This document shows, in pieces, positions 58,255-64,000 of a stretch of DNA of 64,000 bases; the stretch's first letter is position 1; each line of letters opens with the position of its first letter. This stretch comes from Acidimicrobiia bacterium (GTDB lineage Bacteria > Actinomycetota > Acidimicrobiia > Spongiisociales > JAENVV01), in the NCBI GenBank assembly GCA_041586155.1, contig JBFHAT010000009.1, positions 20,826 through 84,825 on the forward strand. Reading direction: 5' to 3'. The position numbers and the translations under genes are program-made. The notes below the pieces were generated by a model, which was given only the letters and a program-made list of their open reading frames with translations, was not told where the DNA came from and ran no database searches.

Positions 58255-59094
58255 ATGGGAAGCGACCTGAAGTCCATCGCCAAGCAGCTGTACGAGTCAT
58301 TCAACGACCGCGACTGGGAAGGTGCGTTGCGGGACGTGCGGGACGATGTGCATGTCACCATCGTCCCCTTCGGCATGAGCGTGAAGGGGCGCGAAGGTTT
58401 CACCCAGTTCATGCAGAACTGGGTCGCCATGTCGTCCGACCTGAAGGTCGAAGTGGTAGACCAGCACGAGAGCGACCGGGGCATCGTCAACGAGATCATC
58501 GCCACGGGCACTCACGACGGCCCGTTCGCGACTCCCGAAGGGGAGCTGGCATCCACCGGCCGCAGCCTCGAGATCCCTGCTGCGGAGATCTGGGAGTTCC
58601 GCGACGGCAAGGTCGCAACGCTCCGCAACTATGTGGATGCAGCGGCGATCTGGAAGCAGATCGTAGACGCCCCTCGGGTGGAGGCACGGATCCGTGCGTT
58701 CTACGACGAAGTCGCCAATCGGGGCAAGATCGATCTGATCCCCGAATACGCCACCGACAACTGGGTCGATCACGAAGCGTTTGCAGGCCTGTCGCCCGGC
58801 CGAGAAGGCATCGGCGAGTTCCTTGCGCTGATCAGGTCGGCGTTTCCCGATGTGAGGTTCACCGTTGACGAGGTCCTGGTGGCCGGCGACCGGGCGGTCT
58901 GCAGGGTTCGCATCTCAGGGACCCACCTCGGTGAGTTCATGGGAGCTCCACCGACTGGGAACAGCTTCGAGGTGCAGACGATCGACATCCTGCGCATGGA
59001 AGGCGATCGCGCCGCCGAGCATTGGGGGGTCACCGACATGATGTCGATGATGGAGCAGCTCGGGCTCGCTGAGCCCGCCGAGACCATCGGCTGA
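58255..59094 (+). CDS. Tandem SnoaL-like (NTF2-fold) ester-cyclase domain protein
   Basis: Two homologous ~130-aa halves (LYESFNDRDWEG... / FYDEVANRGKIDL...). Confidence 0.5.
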   Translation: MGSDLKSIAKQLYESFNDRDWEGALRDVRDDVHVTIVPFGMSVKGREGFTQFMQNWVAMSSDLKVEVVDQHESDRGIVNEIIATGTHDGPFATPEGELASTGRSLEIPAAEIWEFRDGKVATLRNYVDAAAIWKQIVDAPRVEARIRAFYDEVANRGKIDLIPEYATDNWVDHEAFAGLSPGREGIGEFLALIRSAFPDVRFTVDEVLVAGDRAVCRVRISGTHLGEFMGAPPTGNSFEVQTIDILRMEGDRAAEHWGVTDMMSMMEQLGLAEPAETIG

Positions 59095-59205
59095 TCGCGC
59101 TGCGAACGGCGGCCGGGGCGAGACCGTCTCGTGCTGGCCGCCATCACGGACTCGGAACCATCCTCGGCTCGACGTCGTTAGCCTGCAGAGTCGGATCGGG
59201 GAGGG

Positions 59206-60690
59206 TTGGCAATGTCCATGAAGGCGGTCGTCCCGCCACCGCTGCCGGCCGCGGCACGAGAGGTCTCCACGCCCGCGACGGTGGCGATCGCCAGCGTTGG
59301 GCTGGGGATCGCAGTGGACACATTGGCGTTGCGGCGGCCGCCCGGTGTCGGAGCGTCGCTGGCGATGGTCCTCGGCCTCGTCGCCGTGGTGATGGCTCGG
59401 CCCCCCGACCAACCGTTCCCCGTAGCCTTTGCCGGATTCGTGCCGGCGGTGCTTGTCGTAGCCGCCACCCCTGCTGTTCGGGCTTCGCAGGTGCTGGTGG
59501 CGATCTCCATCTCGGTGTACGCGATGTCGATCGCCATCATGCTGCGGCTGTACGACGGGCGTCCACTACGTACCTGGACATTGTCGGACTACGTGTGGCG
59601 CGGCAGCGGAGCTGCGGCTGGAATCGCGCTCGAAGGGGCCCGGTTCGTCCTTCACGACGTCTCGCGGATCGGATGGTCCGGGCTCGGTCGCTACCGACCC
59701 CACGTGATCGGGGTCCTGGCGGTGCTTCCGCTGCTTGCGCTGTTTGCGGTCCTGTTCGCATCGGCCGACGCCGTGTTCGCCGCTCGCGCCGCCGACGTGT
59801 TGAGCATCGACGCCGAATTCGCCCGACTGCTCGGTAGGTTCGTCAGCTCGGCGCTGGTCGCCTTGGCAGCGGCAGGAACCTGGCGTGCGATGCGCACGGG
59901 TTTCACGGCGGATCTGGCCGGGCCCGCCAAGTCTCCAGTCGCGGCTGCATCGGTGGCGTCCGCCCTGGCAGCGCTGGTGGTCCTGTTCGGGGCGTTCGTT
60001 GCGGTTCAGATCACTTACTTGTTCGGTGGGCGGGACGCGATGGCGCTGACCGGCCTCACCCGCGCCCAGTACGCACGTCGAGGATTCTTCGAAATGGTCA
60101 CGGTCGCCGCACTCGTCTTGATCGTTGTCACGGCGGCGGACTGGCTGGCGCATCGGGCCGGTGGCCGCTCGCGGGTGGTCGACGCCCTGTCAGCCGCGCT
60201 GGTGGGGCTCACGCTCGTCATCGTTGCGTCGGCGGCGCTGCGGATGCGCCTCTACACGGCAGCGTTCGGTCTCACGGAGCTTCGGTTCTACTCCTCGGTG
60301 TTCATGGCGTGGACCGCGATGGTGTTGATCTTGCACCCGGTGACGATCCTCCGGGGGTCGCGGGCCGGTCTGGCATTCGGCATGCTCGTGTCGGGCCTGG
60401 TGCTCGTCATCGGCGTGACCGCCGCCAATCCCGACGCGGTCGTCGCCGGCGTCAACATCGACCGGCACCTACGGGGAGCCGAACTCGACTACGACTACAC
60501 GGGGGGGCTGGGGGTAGACGCCATTCCCGTCTTGGCCAACTCCGTCGACGACGTCGGCGACTCTTGTGTGCTGGCGCGCCGGGTCCGAGCCTCATACGAG
60601 GCGGACGAGCGGACGTCATGGGGGTGGCGAAGCGCAACGTGGGCGCACAAACGGGCTGCGGCCTCGATGGCAAAGCTCCCTTCCTGCTGA
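59206..60690 (+). CDS. DUF4173-like polytopic membrane protein
   Basis: 494 aa, more than 10 hydrophobic helices. Confidence 0.45.
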   Translation: MAMSMKAVVPPPLPAAAREVSTPATVAIASVGLGIAVDTLALRRPPGVGASLAMVLGLVAVVMARPPDQPFPVAFAGFVPAVLVVAATPAVRASQVLVAISISVYAMSIAIMLRLYDGRPLRTWTLSDYVWRGSGAAAGIALEGARFVLHDVSRIGWSGLGRYRPHVIGVLAVLPLLALFAVLFASADAVFAARAADVLSIDAEFARLLGRFVSSALVALAAAGTWRAMRTGFTADLAGPAKSPVAAASVASALAALVVLFGAFVAVQITYLFGGRDAMALTGLTRAQYARRGFFEMVTVAALVLIVVTAADWLAHRAGGRSRVVDALSAALVGLTLVIVASAALRMRLYTAAFGLTELRFYSSVFMAWTAMVLILHPVTILRGSRAGLAFGMLVSGLVLVIGVTAANPDAVVAGVNIDRHLRGAELDYDYTGGLGVDAIPVLANSVDDVGDSCVLARRVRASYEADERTSWGWRSATWAHKRAAASMAKLPSC

Positions 60691-60732
60691 GGGCCGCGAT
60701 GCCTCCCACCGGGTCGGGACGGATCGGCTAAG

Positions 60733-61053
60733 TTGCTCGGCATGCCGCTGCACCCGGTGATGGAGTCGACGCTCGATGAGCTTTTGAGACGGTGGCGCCA
60801 CCACGACACGCTCCGCAGCAGAAAGGCTGCGCTGACGGAGCTCGCAGCGAGCCGCCGAAGCCTCGATCAGATCCGGACAGAAGCTCAGCGGCTCAGACAG
60901 GTGCTCTATCCGACCGGCATCGAAATGGAATCGGTAGCGGTCACCGCTCACTGCGACACCCTCGACACACTCGTCTTCTTTCAGTACCACGAGGCCAGAC
61001 CGGGCCGGAACGGCATCGAGTATCGGTGCCCATGCGGCGAGATGGTGGGTTGA
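60733..61053 (+). CDS. Hypothetical small protein with C-terminal CxC...CPCGE cysteine cluster
   Basis: 106 aa ORF directly upstream of the nuo operon. Confidence 0.3.
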   Translation: MLGMPLHPVMESTLDELLRRWRHHDTLRSRKAALTELAASRRSLDQIRTEAQRLRQVLYPTGIEMESVAVTAHCDTLDTLVFFQYHEARPGRNGIEYRCPCGEMVG

Positions 61054-61137
61054 TCCTCCCATCTCGGCCGACGGCGGCCGTTTTGGTTGTTCGTCTTTTA
61101 CGTTCCTAATCTGGCGGCCGAGTAGAGAGGATTACGG

Positions 61138-61575
61138 GTGGACCTGCCGGCGTACCTGCCGATCGCGATCATGTTCCTCTTGGCGCTGGGCTTCGTCGTT
61201 GCGGCGCTCTCGATTTCGTGGCTGGTTTCGCCCAAGAAACCAACTCCGGAGAAGCTCGCGCCGTACGAATGCGGGATCGTCCCAGAGGTGGATCCCAACC
61301 ACCGGTTTCCGATCCAGTTCTATCTGATCGCCATGCTCTTCGTCATCTTCGACGTCGAGATCATCTTCCTCTTTGCCTGGGCAGTGCTCTTTCCCGACCC
61401 GTCGTTCGGCTGGAAAGGCGTGCTCGAAATCGCCATTTTCACGGGCCTGATCGCCGGCACGCTTCTCTACGTATGGGGGAGGGGTGCGCTCGACTGGAAC
61501 GTGCCGCTACGCGAGCGCCGAATCCAGCAGAGCATCGAACCCGAGGCGCCGTCTGTCCCTCAAGAGGCGGCCTGA
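61138..61575 (+). CDS. nuoA: NADH-quinone oxidoreductase subunit A
   Basis: GTG 61138 after RBS gagagg. KLAPYECG motif. Confidence 0.85.
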   Translation: MDLPAYLPIAIMFLLALGFVVAALSISWLVSPKKPTPEKLAPYECGIVPEVDPNHRFPIQFYLIAMLFVIFDVEIIFLFAWAVLFPDPSFGWKGVLEIAIFTGLIAGTLLYVWGRGALDWNVPLRERRIQQSIEPEAPSVPQEAA

Positions 61576-62048
61576 TGGCACAGCCCGAGCGGGTGCCAGG
61601 AGTGCTGACGGCATCGATCGGCAAAGTGGCGCGCTGGGCGCAGACACGCTCGATGTTTCCGGCCACGTTCGGTCTCGCATGCTGTGCCATCGAGATGATG
61701 GCAACCGGCACCGCCCACTACGACCTGGCTCGGTTCGGTATGGAGGTGTTTCGCGCCTCGCCCCGCCAGGCCGACCTGATGATCGTGGCGGGGCGAGTCT
61801 CCCAGAAGATGGCTCCGGTTCTCCGCCAGGTGTACGACCAGATGCCCGAACCCAAATGGGTCATCTCGATGGGCGCTTGTGCTTCCACGGGCGGGATGTT
61901 CAACAACTATGCGCTCGTGCAGGGCGTCGATCAGATCGTGCCGGTCGACATCTACGTACCCGGCTGCCCGCCGGGCCCGCAGTCGTTGATGCACGGCATC
62001 CTCACCCTCCACGACAAGATCATGAGCGGAGAACTGGCCCGTGTCTGA
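61575..62048 (+). CDS. nuoB: NADH-quinone oxidoreductase subunit B
   Basis: ATG 61575 overlaps the nuoA stop. [10 protein letters not shown] and GACASTGG Fe-S cluster N2 motifs. Confidence 0.9.
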   Translation: MAQPERVPGVLTASIGKVARWAQTRSMFPATFGLACCAIEMMATGTAHYDLARFGMEVFRASPRQADLMIVAGRVSQKMAPVLRQVYDQMPEPKWVISMGACASTGGMFNNYALVQGVDQIVPVDIYVPGCPPGPQSLMHGILTLHDKIMSGELARV

Positions 62049-62595
62049 CCCGATCGAGCCCACCGAAGCGGTCGACGACGATGCGTCGGACGTCGCCGCC
62101 GAAGCGAGCCAGGTCCTCCCCGAGGTGCCGCTCATGGCCGAGCTGGCGGCCGGGTTTCCGGAATCGGTATGGGGCACCGCCGTAGGACAGACGATCGTCG
62201 AGCTCCCGGCCGCACAACTGCGCGCCTTTGGCGAAGCAGCCCGCGCTGCCGGATTCGAGATGCTGGCCGACCTCACCGCGGTCGACTACCTGGGGCACCG
62301 GCGCACCCGATTCGAAGTCGTCGCCAACTTCCTCAGCGTGGAGCACGGCCTTCGTATCCGGGTCCGTTGTCCGCTCCCGGCCGACGACCCCACGATTCCG
62401 TCGTTGGTGCCGGTGTACCCGGGCGCCAACTTCTTCGAGCGCGAGGTGTACGACATGTTCGGCATCACGTTTGAAGGGCATCCCGACCTCACCCGCATCC
62501 TGATGCCCGACGACTGGCAGGGTCACCCCCTGCGCAAAGACTTCGGCGTCGGCGACGTTCCCGTGCAATTCAAAGCAGCCAACAAGGTGACCTGA
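62041..62595 (+). CDS. nuoC: NADH-quinone oxidoreductase subunit C
   Basis: GTG 62041. [14 protein letters not shown] motif. Confidence 0.85.
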   Translation: MSDPIEPTEAVDDDASDVAAEASQVLPEVPLMAELAAGFPESVWGTAVGQTIVELPAAQLRAFGEAARAAGFEMLADLTAVDYLGHRRTRFEVVANFLSVEHGLRIRVRCPLPADDPTIPSLVPVYPGANFFEREVYDMFGITFEGHPDLTRILMPDDWQGHPLRKDFGVGDVPVQFKAANKVT

Positions 62596-63950
62596 TGACG
62601 GACATGAAAGACCGCCGCAGCGCCGATGTCTGGCTGACCGGCACCGAAGAACCCGATCCCGAATGGATGATCCGAGGCACCGCCGAGGGCAGCCAGCTGA
62701 TGCGCCCCGAGGAGACGGCCGAGCGGCTCACCGAACAGCTCGGGACCCGAGTCGTCGACGACGTGCTCTACGAAGAGCAGATCGAGGACGACCGCATGAT
62801 CATCAACATGGGCCCTCAGCATCCCTCCACCCACGGCGTGTTGCGGCTGCACATGGAGCTCGAAGGCGAGATGGTGCGCCGCGTCAAGCCCATCATCGGT
62901 TATCTCCACACCGGTATGGAGAAGACCGCGGAGACCCTCACCTACCTGCAGGGCCCCACCAACGTGACCCGGATGGACTACCTCGCTCCGTTCCACAACG
63001 AGTTGTGTTTCTCGCTGGCGGTCGAGCGGCTGCTCGCAATCGAAATCCCGCCCCGCGCAGATGCGATCCGCGTCCTGCTCACCGAGCTGAACCGTGTGTC
63101 CAGTCATCTGGTTGCACTCGCCACCAACGGCATGGATGTCGGGGCACTGTCGATGATGCTCTACGGGTTTCGGGAGCGAGAAATGATCCTCGAATTCTTC
63201 GAGAAGACCACCGGTCTCCGTATGAACCACAACTTCATCCGCCCCGGTGGCGTCGCCGCCGACCTTCCCCCCGGAGGGGAAGACGACGTCGCCGAGATCC
63301 TCGACACGATGCCGTCCAAGCTGCAGGACTACGACGACCTGCTCAAAGCCAACCCCATATGGCTGCGCCGAACCCGTGACATCGGGGTGATCAGCGCGGA
63401 GGAGTGCCTCGCCTACTCGATCACCGGCCCCACCCTCCGCTCCACCGGGTTCGCCCACGACCTGCGCAAGACCGAGCCTTACTCCGGCATCGACAACTAC
63501 GAGTTCGACGTGGCCGTCGGTGAGCGAGGCGACGCCTACGACCGCTACCGGGTGAAGGTCAACGAGATCGAACAGTCGTTGCGCATCGTCCGTCAGGTCG
63601 CCGAAGCCATGCCTTCAGGCGACTACAAGACCGAAGACCGCAAAGTCGTCCCCCCGCCCCGCAAACGCATCGACGAGTCGATGGAAGCGCTCATCCACCA
63701 CTTCAAGATCTACACCGAGGGATTCAAAGTGCCCGAGGGGGAGACCTATGTGGCGGTCGAATCACCCCGCGGTGAGCTGGGCTGCTATTTGGTATCCGAC
63801 GGAGGCAGCAAACCGCTACGCATGCACACCCGGGCGCCGTCATTCGCCAACCTCCAGGCGATTCCCATCCTCCTCGCCGACTCGCTCGTCGCTGACACGA
63901 TCGCCTCCCTCGCCAGCCTCGATCCCGTGATGGGGGACGTCGACCGATGA
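62595..63950 (+). CDS. nuoD: NADH-quinone oxidoreductase subunit D
   Basis: ATG 62595 overlaps the nuoC stop. MIINMGPQHPSTHGVLRL motif. 451 aa. Confidence 0.9.
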   Translation: MTDMKDRRSADVWLTGTEEPDPEWMIRGTAEGSQLMRPEETAERLTEQLGTRVVDDVLYEEQIEDDRMIINMGPQHPSTHGVLRLHMELEGEMVRRVKPIIGYLHTGMEKTAETLTYLQGPTNVTRMDYLAPFHNELCFSLAVERLLAIEIPPRADAIRVLLTELNRVSSHLVALATNGMDVGALSMMLYGFREREMILEFFEKTTGLRMNHNFIRPGGVAADLPPGGEDDVAEILDTMPSKLQDYDDLLKANPIWLRRTRDIGVISAEECLAYSITGPTLRSTGFAHDLRKTEPYSGIDNYEFDVAVGERGDAYDRYRVKVNEIEQSLRIVRQVAEAMPSGDYKTEDRKVVPPPRKRIDESMEALIHHFKIYTEGFKVPEGETYVAVESPRGELGCYLVSDGGSKPLRMHTRAPSFANLQAIPILLADSLVADTIASLASLDPVMGDVDR

Positions 63951-64000
63951 TGCGCCACGACGAAGTCGTGGCGTTCGAGTTCGGCTCTGCCGAACTCGGC
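63947..64000 (+). CDS. nuoE: NADH-quinone oxidoreductase subunit E, 5' end only
   Basis: ATGA overlap with nuoD, expected position in the nuo operon. Only 18 codons visible. Confidence 0.4.
   Translation, partial: MMRHDEVVAFEFGSAELG

Noticed and set aside
1-64000. Mobile elements, tRNA, rRNA
   Set aside because: No transposase, integrase, recombinase or phage-like ORF. No terminal inverted repeats. No tRNA-like T-arm (GGTTCGAATCC-type) signatures were found on manual scan. Nothing supports a mobile element or stable RNA gene apart from the riboswitch and candidate sRNA.

Overview
GC-rich (by eye roughly 65-70 %), gene-dense chromosomal window, most likely from a mycothiol-producing actinobacterium: mshA is followed by a YbjN-like gene, as in the mycobacterial Rv0486-Rv0487 pair. 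No tRNA, rRNA, CRISPR array, transposase or integrase was recognised. About 65 protein genes are supported. Left to right these are: a partial lipoprotein; a stand-alone LigD polymerase domain; a multi-PAS/GAF histidine kinase; a PQQ-type sugar dehydrogenase; a histidine-utilisation operon (hutU-hutF-hutI-[PDF-fold deformylase]-hutH) translationally coupled at every junction; an aminotransferase; two MBL hydrolases; a shikimate-kinase-like gene; an LldD-type FMN dehydrogenase; a secreted S8 subtilase with a (WSGVT)n tail; CHRD-domain and EEP secreted proteins; an HpcH aldolase; pyruvate phosphate dikinase; a cobalamin riboswitch driving a btuF/C/D-type importer plus cob(I)alamin adenosyltransferase; a CPBP protease paired with an HEXXH membrane protein; a dienelactone hydrolase and TPMT-like methyltransferase; an NfeD-flotillin pair followed by a MoaD-like GG domain fused to a polytopic membrane domain; a frameshifted crcB; an M23 peptidase; an asparaginase II-family gene, a CelD-like GNAT and mshA; a candidate promoter-to-terminator small RNA; a Clp1-like P-loop kinase coupled to a CAP-domain protein; and a SAM hydroxide adenosyltransferase. 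The right third is a respiratory island. It holds a cbb3-like operon on the minus strand whose CcoN-type catalytic subunit has lost every canonical metal-ligand histidine, while its CcoO-like and monoheme c-type partners keep CxxCH. On the plus strand is a split cytochrome b6 / subunit IV - Rieske - dihaem cytochrome c complex preceded by a 2x[4Fe-4S] ferredoxin. A roughly 40-residue N-terminal module is shared by three of these respiratory subunits. Downstream are Rex, a geranylgeranyl-reductase (MenJ-like) gene, a STAND ATPase regulator and the start of nuoABCDE. The ORF track uses alternative start codons shown as M, so several starts were re-chosen from overlaps and N-terminal conservation. 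Family assignments are from motif recognition by eye, not database searches.
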